Shown: piece by piece, positions 52,101 through 64,000 of the stretch
How the letters are laid out: the number at the start of each line of letters is the position of its first letter
Numbering within the stretch: position 1 is the stretch's first letter
Source of the DNA: Fimicolochytrium jonesii
Taxonomy: Eukaryota
Assembly (NCBI RefSeq): GCF_025526975.1
Contig: NW_026515693.1
Coordinates: forward strand, 1 to 64,000
Reading direction: 5' to 3'
Length of the DNA: 64,000 nt
Made by a program: the position numbers and the translations under genes
Notes under the pieces: model-generated
The model's database searches: none
Told to the model about the DNA's origin: nothing
The model's input: the letters and a program-made list of their open reading frames with translations, nothing else

Positions 52101-55100
52101 CATGTCAAGCCTGCATGCGGTGTCAAACCAGGTACGTGCGTTGCCTTCAAGCGAGCTGGATACCTTCTGCATGTACTTAAAATCGTCAATCGGAAGACCA
52201 AAAGTAACCATGAAGTCCGTATGCTTCTGCAAAAACGTGTCGACAAAAGCGGCCTCGCGCCGTTTGCCATTAAACGGATGCTGCGAGATCCATGTGCCAT
52301 GATGCCTACGCTGCTTGATATAGAGCGGATCCACAGACCCATCCTGCTGCACATCACGGTGCATTGTGGACTCACGCTCCAACGTAGCTCGCAAACAATC
52401 CTGTCGAGCCTGATGTTCGTTGGCATGTTGATTGCAAACTTCTGCTCGAGCAGCATCAATTCGGGCATTGAACTCCTCACCGGAGATTGTCAACATAGCC
52501 GTAGCGGGTGGGTTACCAGCAGGAGGTGGAGATGGTCCACCGACCTGAATACCCTCCATTGGAACAGGTCCCGTCGTTTGAGGAGGAAGAGGAAGGCGAA
52601 CTTCAACACGAGGCTCGTCAACCAAACTCTCCGGCTCCTCAACGATCTCAGTAATACCAGCTGTACCCCCAGGAGTGTTGTCCTCACTCCTGGTAACTGT
52701 ACTACCCGTTGACGTACTCATGACGACCTTCTGCCCAGTGTAATCACGTTTTCAGTTTGAATAACCTCAAACAACGACGAATAGGTCCAGAATGCGGACA
52801 GCAGTACTCCGTTGATGTTGTATAGCTCAGTACCTCGAGCAAATACACACAAACAACTAGGTTTCGAATCAGGTATATGCCGTATGCAATAACCCAAATT
52901 CGGGCATAGATTTCCCCTCTTTTTGAGCGAAAAATCAAAATCCACCATGTCCGATGTGGGCGGGCTTTGGCTATGTTGATCCTAAACAGGATCTGAAGCT
53001 ATCAGTTTAAAGAGCCCTTTGAGAGGATCAAGAAGAACCCTAACGGGTTAGCTCTGTCCCAAAACTGAAAGACTTTTCCTATCCGCCCGTTTTCGCTTAA
53101 GTATCAAATTTACGACAAAGGTGATGACAGATTACTCGTTTTGCAGTGATTCAAGAATCCCAAAATGTTCAGGTAATTTCCAGGTAATTCTCTAGATCGG
53201 GAAGAACCTTATTGGGGGTCATTTCGGTCAAAACTGCTGCAGTTTTGCTATACGGAGGTTATAGTGGCAATGAAAAACCCGTTTTTTGATATCTCCGTAT
53301 CGGTAGGTCGAATCTCTTTGAAACTTTCACAAGTCTTCAAGCTCAGTGTGCTCTAAGAGGTTTCCGAGTTTGAAGAGGATCGAATTACTGGGGTAGGATT
53401 CCAATCCGTGGACGGGTTACTAATTGGCTACTAGTAAACACGCGTTCATGTCGACTATGTGTCGACCGTTGAACGTATACTCTCAAGATGTTGATATACC
53501 GAAAGGGTAAGGTATGGATGGCAAACTGTGAGTTATGGAGGTTTGTTTAACCATCCAGGTATGAAAAGCAAGGTGGTTGTGACGTATCGGTCGTTCCACT
53601 AGGTAAATAACCTAGAGGTCGGCGCTTTTCGACTATAGCGCACTAGGGGCTTCAGGAGTTACGGTGGACGTTGTCCTGGACGTCCTAAAGGCTATTTGAA
53701 TCGTCTAGAAGGGTTGTATTGAAGTGCTGTGACGATTGCTACGTCTGCAATTCGAGATGCTGAAGTTGCCGACGTGTTTATCTACTAGGAAGCTCGTTCT
53801 GTTCGAACAAGTGGTGCTACCATGTGATGTGGACTACCTTCCACATGGGTTGTAGAACTGATGTTCGTATACAATAACTACTTTGCTGTAAGGTATTGTA
53901 GACGGACTGGGTGTTCGCCGGCGCTGCTATTCGGTATGGAGTAAAAGAACTACTTGTTGTGCATAGGAACGCGCGACGAGCACTGTTAAAGTACCCATGA
54001 GGTCGGAGTCCACTGGAGAACACGTTCCAGTGAGGCATTAAAAGAATTAAAACCTCGATTCCACTGGAGAACACTGTGTGTGACATGTCTTGCACTCCTA
54101 GCGAGACATATCTCGGCCGACACGTCGTTCTCCAACTAGACCGGACAACCCACATTACAAAGGATCAGCTTACCTGATAAGTTCCACAGGACAAGGAGCA
54201 AGTTCTGGGGCTTCATGAACCAGATCCGTCTCATGTTCTCCCTCCAAGCAAACCGCTGCCCAACCAATGCCATCAAGATCCAGACTATTGGAACTTTCCA
54301 GATGGGCATGCCACAGGCCTGGCTCACTCCTCTCATCGAACGGAACCTCCGTTTGGTCACCAACTATGAGAAGTTTGTTCAAAGGTCATCCCAAAGACCT
54401 TCTCACCCAGCAACAAATGCAACGGCAAAGGCCATCACCATGCCCTTCCTACCCCAAGTCACCAACAACACCCTACTCCTAGCTGCACAACCCTCAAGAC
54501 ATCCTGTACCAATCCGCTCGCCATGCGGGTCCTGACCCCATCCGCACTCTTTGAGCACCCTGTCACCCTACAAACCTCTTCCCAGCAAGCCCTGCTCCAA
54601 ATCTCCGCCCTCCTCAACATCGGTGCAATGTCCCGCTTCATGGATGAAAGGTATGCCTGCAAACATCGCATCCCTCTGGTTACAATGGAAACCCCGCCCA
54701 TGCTCGAAGTGGTCGATGGCTGCCCCAGCAGCGCTGGCGCTATAACTCAGGACACCCAACTCATGGGAATGTGGGTTAACGACCACTTTGAGGAAGTCAC
54801 CTTCCATGTCACTCGCTCACGGCATGCTCCCATTATTGTGGGCCCTTCATGGTTTGAGCTGCACAACACGGACAGGCAATGGGAAATCCGCTCCCTAGGA
54901 TTCCGGTGCAACTGCGACTTTGACGGCTACGCACACTGGGATCCCTTACCTGCGACACCTACCTCTGAACCCAAGCTGCCAAACCCGTTGATCTGTGTTC
55001 CCCAAGACAAAATCAAGGTCCCTGTTCCTGAACCTGCCTCCTCCAAACCTAGTACCCAGAACACCGGCACCCCCGAGCCTAGTAACCTAGGCCCCATCCA

Positions 55101-55487
55101 GACAATCCAAGTATCGTTTACAAAATCCAAATCCCCAGCCTTGCCCAATGCTCCTAAGTCTACCTTCGAAGCACTCCTCCCAGACGAATACCAGGACTTT
55201 GCTGATTTGTTCAAAAAGAAGCATGCAGACACCCTCCCAGAACATCAACCCTATGATTGCCCAAACACCCTTGAACAAGGCAAGCAGCCCCCGTTCAAAC
55301 CCATCTACAACCTGAACAAACCGGAAATGAAGGCCCTTGGCGAGTACCTTGAAGAGAACCTTGCCAAGGGCTTCATCTTGCCCTCCAAGTCCCCCTGAAG
55401 AAGAAGAATGGGTCCCTTTGCCTCTGCGTGCAATCTAGTGCCCTGAACAGCATCACCATCAAGAATCGCTACACTATACCTCTCATC
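36397..55487. repeat. Four-copy tandem array, unit about 4.77 kb (5' half of C plus internal fragment of B)
   Basis: Homologous ORFs recur at 37479, 42252, 47025, 51792; C 5' LTR at 39510, 44285, 49055, 53823; identical junction CCTCTCATCCCTCGAG near 41170, 45945, 50712. Confidence 0.95.
37138..38408 (-). pseudogene. Element C gag, frameshifted near 37480, with CCHC zinc knuckle
   Basis: LEGNARTWF, CFDCGEMGHRARDC; repeated at about 41910-43181, 46684-47954 and 51451-52721. Confidence 0.88.
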
Positions 55488-57848
55488 AATGGCATCCTGG
55501 AGTGATTGCATGGCGCCTGATGCTTCACCAAGACTGACCTGTGCAGCGCCTAAAATCTCCATTGGGTACTCCATGAGGATGAGTGGAAAACGGCATTCCG
55601 CTGCTGCGACGGTCTCTTTGAGTCCAATGTGATGCCCTTTGGCCTGTCGAACGCTCCTGGCCTATTCCAGCACTTGATGGATGACATCTTCCGAGACATC
55701 CTGGATGTGTATGTCATGATCCACCTTGATACAGCATCATCACCTAGCCCTCCACTCCCGGAAGTTCACCCCGAAGGCGATCAACTACAAGGTCCACGAT
55801 AAGGAACCTTGCAATCCATGATGCATTCACACAGTGGCTACACCATCTCACTGGTGCTTCTCGCCGCATCACCGTCCACTGTGATCATAAGAACATCGAT
55901 CACTTCATGAGCACCCAAAAGCTGAATCGTTGTCAACTTCATCATCACCTATCGCCCTGGTTCTCAACAGCACCAGGCCAATGCTCTCCCTTGTCGGTGG
56001 GCATTTGAGCTAAAAGAGGGTAAAGAACCCTTTGACTCCCAAGAAACCACAATCCTAACCCCCAACCGCCATTGCCTCTCCGCCGCATACCTGACCCCGT
56101 TGGATTCCTCCCTCCTCGATTGCATCTGCACTGCCCTAGACAACAACCTTTTTGCGAAGACCAACCGGTCCCAACTCCAAGTCAGCCCAGCTGAACGAAC
56201 CAAAGAGAAACAAGAACGACTCAAGCACTTCACCAAGGAAGATGGCATCCTCCCACACCAGAACCTAGTTGACATCCCTACAAACGACCTATGGGCTGAA
56301 ATCTCCTTGAACCCCCGCCGATCCCCTTATGCCCCTGGAGATCCCAGGGTTGGTTGATTTGACTCTATCCTGAACTTTGTAAGTTGAAGAACAAAGATTG
56401 CACATTTCCTGGCTTGCTCAAAGACTGCAACGGGTGAGTCAACTGCCCACTTGGTTTGGATGCACATTGTTTGACTCCACGGTCTCCCAGACAACATCAT
56501 CAGCAACCGTGGCCCACGGTTCAACTCTTGCTTCTTCAAATGGTTGTTCACTCTCCTTGGCACCAAGGTCAACCTCTCCTCGGCGTTCCACCCCCAGATG
56601 GACGGCCAGACCGAGTGCACAAATCAGATCCTTGGACAGTACCTTTGTTGCTTCTGCAGTCAACAACAAGACAACTGGAAAGATCTCTTCCTGTCCGCAG
56701 AATTCTTGTATAAGAACACCATTCATTCAGCTATCCACACCATGCCTTGCTTCACCACCTACGGTTACCAACCCCGTTCCAGCCTTGCTTCCGCCACTTC
56801 AGCTGAATCCGTAAACCCCTTGGCAGAAGCCCCTGCCCAACAGACTGCAGGAACTCCACAAGAAGCTGGACCTCGAGCTTGCCAATGCTCAAGACCGCAT
56901 GAAGCGCTTTGCCAACAACAAGCGCAAGGCTGCTCCAAACTTCAAGACTGGCAACAAGGTGTGGCTTGTAAACAAGAACTTGAAGACCGCGTGGTTTTCC
57001 CAAAAGCTCAACCATCGCAAGATCAGCTGGTTCCCCATCATTGAGAAGATCAATTGTGTAACGTACCAGCTCAAGCTTTTGCCATCGTATAAAATCCACG
57101 GTGTCTCCCTCCTTCAACCCCGCATCACAATACCAGAGCGCAAAGACCCCAAACCCACGCCCCGAAAAGAGATTGAGGCACAGGAAGAATGGGTTCTTGA
57201 GGGCATTCTTGGTTCCTGCTTTCACTGCCGCCAACTCCCATACCTGGTCAAATGGAAGGCCTTGTAGAAGGAGGGGGTGATGTTATGAACAACACGTTCA
57301 TCCCATTCTCAACAGCTGTCACTCAGACACTCAAGCCTTGACAGCTGTCAGCGGTTGACAGCTGCCACTGCAAGGAACATGACAAACGTCGCTTATGCCT
57401 CCAGCTTCCTTCTCATTTGCCCAATGACCCCACCTCTCCGCAACCTCGCCGCTCCTCCTCAATGACAAACAAGAACCAGCTCATCTGTGATTTCATCTGT
57501 GAGCTAATCTCTTGTCATTTGTCAACCCACACTACTTCTCCACACCCCGCAACTTTAGCTATGCTCTCTATGCTCGCTACGCAGCTCTACGCTTGGTCAA
57601 GGGTAGGGAGCATGCCTGTCACTCGCCAGGTCCCCCTCTTGTTGTTGTTCTTTGCTTTGCTGGCTTGCTTATGTATAATTACTCCCCCCCCCCCCCCCCC
57701 CCCCCCCCCTTCTTTGTGCATTCCCTTCTTCCCCAGCGAAACAACACCACTTACTTCCAGTACATCTTCTTGTCTTGCTCTTCTTGTCAATACATCAGTC
57801 TACATCCCAGTTCCTCGCTCCCTCGCTTGCCGGCTCTCGATTGTAACA

Positions 57849-60800
57849 GTTTGCTTCGCTCCCAACAACTCTCTGAACCCGCTCAGTTCTCGCCAAGCTC
57901 TCTCATCCCACGTCCAAAGAAACCGCGTCGACCGGCATCACTCTCGAAGCTTGGAATGCGATGTGCGAAGCAGTCAACCGGCTCCAAACCCAGAATGTCA
58001 AGTTGCACCCAAATCTGGTACAAGTCCAGCGCGCTGCTCCGGCTACTGCCGCCCAGGAAACAGGAGATCCCAAGCCAAGGATCAGCTTATTTGATAACTT
58101 CCACGGGACAAGGAGCAAGTTTTGTGGCTTCATGAACCAGATCTGTCGTTCTCCCTCCAAGCAAACCGCTACCCAACCGATGCCATCAAGATCCAGACTA
58201 TTGAAACCTTCCTGACGGGCACGGCACAGGCCTAATTCACCCCTCTCATTGAAGACAACCCCCAATTGCTCACCAACTATGACAAGTTTGTTCAGCAGAT
58301 GCAGGCTGCATTTGGGGACACCGATTGGGTCTGGACCTCCGAGAACTAACTCCAGAACCTGCGCCAGACCCAAGCGGCAACCGGGTATGTAGCCAAGTGC
58401 CAACAGCTTTAGTGCGATGTCTCTTGGAACAATATGGGCCTGATTGTCACCCTCCATCGCGGCTTGGAGGAGGATATCAAAGACTTGATGCTCACAGTGC
58501 CCGGTGTTAGCTCCATCAATGCCATAATGGAGCGGGCCATTCAATGTGACAATGGCCTCTTTGGACGTCGCCTTGAAAGGGGCCATGCTCAGTCTAGCTA
58601 TATCCCTGTCCAAGCATCCGCTCCCACGTACCCATTGACATCTGCCCCAACGACCCCATGATCATCAATGCCACCCAACTCCCTGGTCCACTGACCTCTC
58701 AAGACCAGCAGCGCCAAATGACAAACACGCTCTACCTGTACTGTGGCAAGCCTGGTTACATCGCCCCAATAAGCGGCAAACATCGAGGTCAAGGATTCCA
58801 ACCCGCCGCAGCAAGTTCAACCGGTTCAGCTGCAGTGAAGGCTGACCCACTGAAACCATCTTCCCAGAGGCCTTCTCACCCGGCAACAAATGCAACGGCA
58901 GAGGCCATCAGCATGCCCCTCTTACCCCAAGTCACCAACAACACCCTACTCCCAGCTGCAAAAACCCTCAAGTCATTCTGTACCGATCCACTTGCCATGC
59001 AGGTCCTGACCCCATCCGCACCCTTTGAGCACCCTGTCACCCTGCAAACCTCTTCCCAGCAATCCCCGCTCCAACTCTCCGCCCTCCTCAACATCGGTGC
59101 GCTGTCCTGCTTGATGGATGAAGTGTATGCCCGCATCCATCACATCCCTCTGGTCGCAAAGGAAACCCCTTGCTCAAACTTGATGGTCACCCCAGCAGGG
59201 CTGCGCTATAACTCATCACACTCAACCCTTGGGAATGTGGGTTAACAACCACTTTGAGGAAGTCACCTTCCATGTTACTCGCTCACCCCATGCTTCCATT
59301 CTAATGGGCCTTCCATGGTTTGAGCTGCACAACATGAACATGCAATGGGAAATCCGTATTGAAACCTTAGCTGATATAGGTGTATCCGAGAAGTCACTAA
59401 GACTGGTTCGCCGATGACTGAGTGACATAGCTGTCCAAAGGGCAAAGTTGTGATGTAGAGGACGGTACTGTGGCGAGAGTAGTGCGATAGAAAGCTGTGC
59501 ATTGAAGAGGATAAAGTGAAGAGAGGGGATGGGCAACACGTCTGGCTTTTATAGGATTTAGGAGCTTATTTCCTGGGGATATAGCTATGTGCTGGGGCGT
59601 CCAAAGCACCCTCTGAGACCCCCTCAGAACGCCGAAGCCGTCTCTGAGTGCCGCAGTTAAGGTTTGTAAGGTTTTGCCAAGTCTGTGTGGCCTCATAGGT
59701 ACCTGCTGATGCCCCATGGGCGTCTGCCAAGTCCGCAGAAGGTGCTACAGACTCCCACAAGCTCAACCCAGACATCTTCAGAGCCTCCCAAGACGCGTCC
59801 TAAGTCTTGCAGAGCCTTCTAAGTGCCGCATCTTGATGCTATCTCAATACGCCTTCTCACTTGAAGGCTCTGCAGCCTCTAAGTGCATCGCAGCTCTCAG
59901 ACGTGTGAAGTCTGGCATGGGGAGGGGTTTGGTGAGCGCATCAGCTATCACCTCTCTTGTTGGGCAGTACTGGAGGATAACTGTCTTGTGTGCGATTTGT
60001 TCATGAATGAGGTGGTATCTGATGTCGCTGTGCTTGGTTCGTGCATGGTGAACTGGGTTTGTGGCAAGGGCCATCGCTCCTTGGTTGTCTTCCCAGATGA
60101 CTGTGGGACCTTGTATGAGTTCTGTCCGGCCTTGGTGCTTGCTCAGTTCTCTGAGTAGAGATCTGAGTCACATGGCTTCTTTACAGGCGTCAGTGAGTGC
60201 CATGTATTTGCCTTCGGTGAAGGAGAGTGCTGTAGTGCGTTGTTTGCGTGATGACCAGCTTACTGAACCGCCGAAGGTGAAGAGGTATCCTGTGGTCGAT
60301 CTTCGAGTGTCTGGGCAGCCTCCCCAGTCTGAGTTTGACCATCCCACGAGTTTTGGGGTTCCTTGGACCTCTCCCAGTCGAAGTTGGTGGTGTTTGGTCA
60401 TCTTGAGATAGGCCAGAATGCGTTTGGCAGCTTTCCAGAGTCTTTTGCCTGGATTGGCTGAGAACAGGCTCACAGCTCCAACTGCTTGGGCTATGTCTGG
60501 TCTTGTGCTGATCATTGCGTAGGTCAGACTGCCTACAGTGGCTCGATAGGGTTTGTCCTGCTTCTGTGCAGTCTCTTCAGGTGTTTGAGGTGCCATTTCC
60601 TTGGTGAGAGGGCTTCCCACGATCCTGGCACTTCTTCGCACTTCTTGGCTTTGTTGTCCAGCTTTCCTCGGTTTTTCTTGAGATCCATAGCATAGGCCAT
60701 ACATCCAAACACTCTGAGATGAAGGACAATGGGCTTGCAATCGGAGAAGGCTTTGGACGGCGTCCTGAAGATGTCTAGGGCAGCCGTAGGGCAACAATTT

Positions 60801-63800
60801 CGAATGTGGACAGCTGCAAGCAGAGCTTCTCCCCAGTATTCAAGTCCGAGACTGGCCTGGGTGAGTAGGCAGCGGGCCATTTTGACTAGAGTTCGATTCA
60901 TATGTTCTGCTTCTCTGTTCTGCTGTGGGGTGTCGGTAGCAGCGCGCTGGTGTTGGATTCCAGCCTTTCTGAGTGCGAGGGTGAATTGGATGGATTCATT
61001 CTCGCCTCCTTTGTCCGATCTGAGGACTTTGATTGATTTCCCAGTCTGTTTCTCCATAAGAGCCTTGTATTCCTCCCAGGCATAAAAGGGATCGCTTTTC
61101 TTGCGTAGGAGCTTGACCCAGACGATTCTGGCCTTGTCATCAATCCATGATGCGAAGCAGGTACATCCCCCACAGGTAGACGTCCTCATGTGGCCGCAGA
61201 AATCAGTGTGGACGAGTGCCAGGACTTCTGTGGCTCTGGTAGCTTGTTTCTTTGGGAACGAAGCTCTAGACTCCTTGGAGAGCGTGCAGATTTCGCAGAT
61301 GTAGCCATCAGGATGTCCAGTGACTCTGATGTCACGTTGGTAGCCATTGGTGAGCTTCTGAATGTCTTGGGCATTCAGATGACCGAGTCTCTGATGCCAG
61401 ATATGAAAGGGTGTGCTGCGAAGTGCTCTCGCTGAGTAGGCGTGTTCAGGGATAACCTGGACTGTCATGGTGTACAGACCGTTCTCCTTGAGAGCTCTGA
61501 AGGCGAGACCACCGTCCCTGGTCTTGATTGTGCACTCCGCACTCGAAAATTCGATTGGGCTTCATTCTCAGTCACCTGGGCTACTGAGATGAGGTCCTTC
61601 TCCAGTTTGGGAATGAATTAGACGTTTCAAAGTGTGCCAGCATGCTCCCTGTTTGTTCTGGTCGAGATGGATCCTGTTCCAATGGCTAGGACTGACCGGT
61701 TGTCAGCTAGCTGGACCTGCATCTCGGTTTCCAGCGTCTTGTAGTCCTGGAGCCCTGATGTGGGTCATGTGTGAGGAGGCTCCTGAATGGATAATCCAGC
61801 ACCGGATTTCAGTGCGTTTCATAGCTGCCATGAAGAGGAACCCGGTTCCCTGGCTGGCCTGGTTTGGTTTGGCTTGATTCGCATTGTTGGCTTGAGCTAG
61901 CTCTGGTTTGAGCTTCTTGCACTCGTTCTTCTAATGCCCTTCAATGCCACAGTGATGGCAATTTCCCTTCTTCCTGGCGAACCTGGCTGAACCCCCAGCC
62001 TCCTGCTGGTGTCCCCCGTCCCCAACGAAGGCTCTCCTTGCGCCTACTTTTCATTCAAAAGTCTGGCCGTCAAGAACTCCATGTCTAAGCTGTCCGTGCT
62101 GCTCTCAAGGCTCGTGATGACTTGTTCATAGCTGTTTGGTAAGCTGTATATCAAGGTAGTTATGATATCGTCTTCGGGTACTGGTGTGCCAATAGCCTCC
62201 AGCTCTTGTGCGAGCTGTCTGACTTTGTTGATGTGATTTGTGATCAAGCCTGACTCGTTCATGGTGATGGTAAGGAACTTCCGAGATAGGAAGAGCTTGC
62301 TGGCGAGCACCTTTCGTGCGTGCACCTCAGCTAGCTTGGACCAGGCTTCCCAAGCCGTCTGAGCTGTATGCACATGCATAAGCTGAGTGTTGTTCAGACT
62401 GAGGCAGATGTATGCCAAAGCCCACTTGTCCTTCCTCTCCATTGACTCCTCCTCCTCCCCTTCAGCCCCCTTTCCCTGCGACGGGCTTCCTGTAGCCGTG
62501 TTCCCTTCCTTCTCCTTCTTCCCAGCTTCCACTGCCACCCAAAGTCCCTTTGCCTTCAACATCATCATCATCCTAAACTTTCACAGATGGTAGTTCTCTC
62601 CCGTGAACTTATCCACCATAAGTTTCGAAGTCTCTGAGTCTCCACCCATCGTGTGTTTGAGCTAAATTCGTCGGTTTCGAGTGTGTGGACACGTTTCGGA
62701 TGATGGCGTAATGTTGGACGCGTTTTTTGAGTGTCAAGTATTGCGTATCTTGTCGAGTTGAGCACTTTGGCGCGTTTTCAGTCGAAAATGGGTGATTTTG
62801 GAAGGATATGTCGAGGGTAGGGTGTAGGTAGCGTCTGTAGGGGGTTGGGAACGTCTTGAATAGGATTGGCGAAGACGGCTTTGGTGATGATAAAGCTCAG
62901 GGCTCATAACCTATGAAAAAGTTAGCTGATATAGGTGTATCTGGGAGGTCACTAAGACTGGTTCGCCGATGACTGAGGCACGTAGCTGCCCAAAGGGCAG
63001 TGTTATGATGTAGAGGACAGTACTGTGGCGAGAGTAGTGCGATAGAAAGCTGTGCATTGAAGAGGATAAAGTGAAGAGAGGGGATGGGCAACACGTCTGG
63101 CTTTTATAGGATTTAGGAGCTTCTTTCCTGGGGATCTAGCTATGGGGCCTCCAAAGCACCCTCTGAGACCCCCTCAGAACGCCCAAGCCGTCTCTGAGTG
63201 CCGCCGTTAAGGTTTGTAAGATTTTGCCAAGTCTGTGTGGCCTCATAGGTACCTGCTGATGCCCCATGGGCGTCTGCCAAGTCCGCAGAAGGTGCTACAG
63301 ACTCCCACAAGCTCACTCAAGCCCAATCTAGCTACTACAACCCAATCGCAGCTCCATACAGGCATGACTGTCCGCTATGAGCTCTAAGAACATCATGAAA
63401 GCGCAGTGCTGACGCCTAGATGTCTGGGAAACGATCCAGACATCTTGAGAGCATCCCAAGACGCGTCCCAAGTCTTGCAGAGTCTTCTGAGTGCCGCATT
63501 TTGATGCGAACCCAAGCTGCCAAACCCGTTGATCTGTGTTCCCCGAGACAAAATCAAGGTCCCTGTTCCTGAACCTGCCTCCTCCAAACCTAGTACCCAG
63601 AACACTGGCACCCCCAAGCCTAGTAACCTAGGCCCTGTCCAGACAATCCAAGTATTGTTTACAAAATCCAAATCCCCAGCCTTGCCCAATGCTCCTAAGT
63701 CTACCTTGGAAGCACTCCTCCCAGACAAATACCAGGAATTTGCTGATTTGTTCAAAAAGAAGCATGCAGACACCCTCCCAGAACATCAACCCTATGATTG

Positions 63801-64000
63801 CCCAAACACCCTTGAACAAGGCAGGCAGCCCCCGTTCAAACCCATCTACAACCTAAACAAACCAGAAATGAAGGCCCTTGGCGAGTACCTTGAAGAGAAC
63901 CTTGCCAAGGGCTTCATCTTGCCCTCCAAGTCCCCCTGAAGAAGAAGAATGGGTCCCTTTGCCTCTGCGTGCAATCTAGTGCCCTGAACAGCATCACCAT
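57849..64000 (+). mobile_element. Second internal region of Gypsy family B, sharing LTR 57281-57848 and interrupted by Copia D
   Basis: Sequence after the LTR repeats that after 32607; longer gag than the first copy; pol resumes at 63508 and runs off the window. Confidence 0.85.
59357..63507 (-). mobile_element. Decayed Ty1/Copia element D with RT largely deleted (LTRs 59357-59849 and 62912-63507)
   Basis: PBS GGTTATGAGCCC; gag 62044-62571; WHQRLGHLN, LRSDKGGE, TPQQN integrase; abrupt jump near 60630 to RT end and RNase H (SWSSRKQ, ADALTK). Confidence 0.9.

Larger units (their letters stand above)
32064..57848 (+). mobile_element. Decayed chromovirus-type Gypsy element B (LTRs 32064-32607 and 57281-57848), containing nested element C and the tandem array
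   Basis: TGTTAT...GTAACA LTRs; PPT GAAGGAGGGGGTGA before 57281; gag, protease and RT remnants, integrase (SAFHPQMDGQTE), chromodomain (YLVKWK). Confidence 0.85.

Noticed and set aside
36397..55487. CRISPR-like or host gene array
   Set aside because: Units are retrotransposon fragments with no repeat-spacer structure.

Overview
Left end of a eukaryotic chromosome, probably fungal (CCCTAA telomere; mostly 55-140 nt GT-AG introns, many with CTAAC/CTGAC-type branch sites). Bases 1-4.9 kb: telomere fused to a truncated LTR retrotransposon nested in a decayed Ty1/Copia element, which carries an intact antisense ORF with a histone H3-tail-like motif (KQTARKTG). Bases 5-7 kb: F-box ORF and an unknown ORF. 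Bases 7.5-31 kb: a compact cluster of eight intron-containing, membrane-anchored glycan genes: a GT-A-like glycosyltransferase, two SAM methyltransferases, a WbsX-like+GT fusion, an RgpF-like protein, a fucosyltransferase-like protein and two predicted nucleotide-sugar transporter-glycosyltransferase fusions. It resembles a eukaryotic counterpart of a bacterial O-antigen/capsule locus and is interrupted by a pogo-type transposon relic. Bases 31.8-64 kb: nested LTR retrotransposons (two chromodomain Gypsy families, one Copia), including a 4-copy, about 4.77 kb tandem amplification. Gene models were spliced by eye and family calls come from motif recognition, not database searches.
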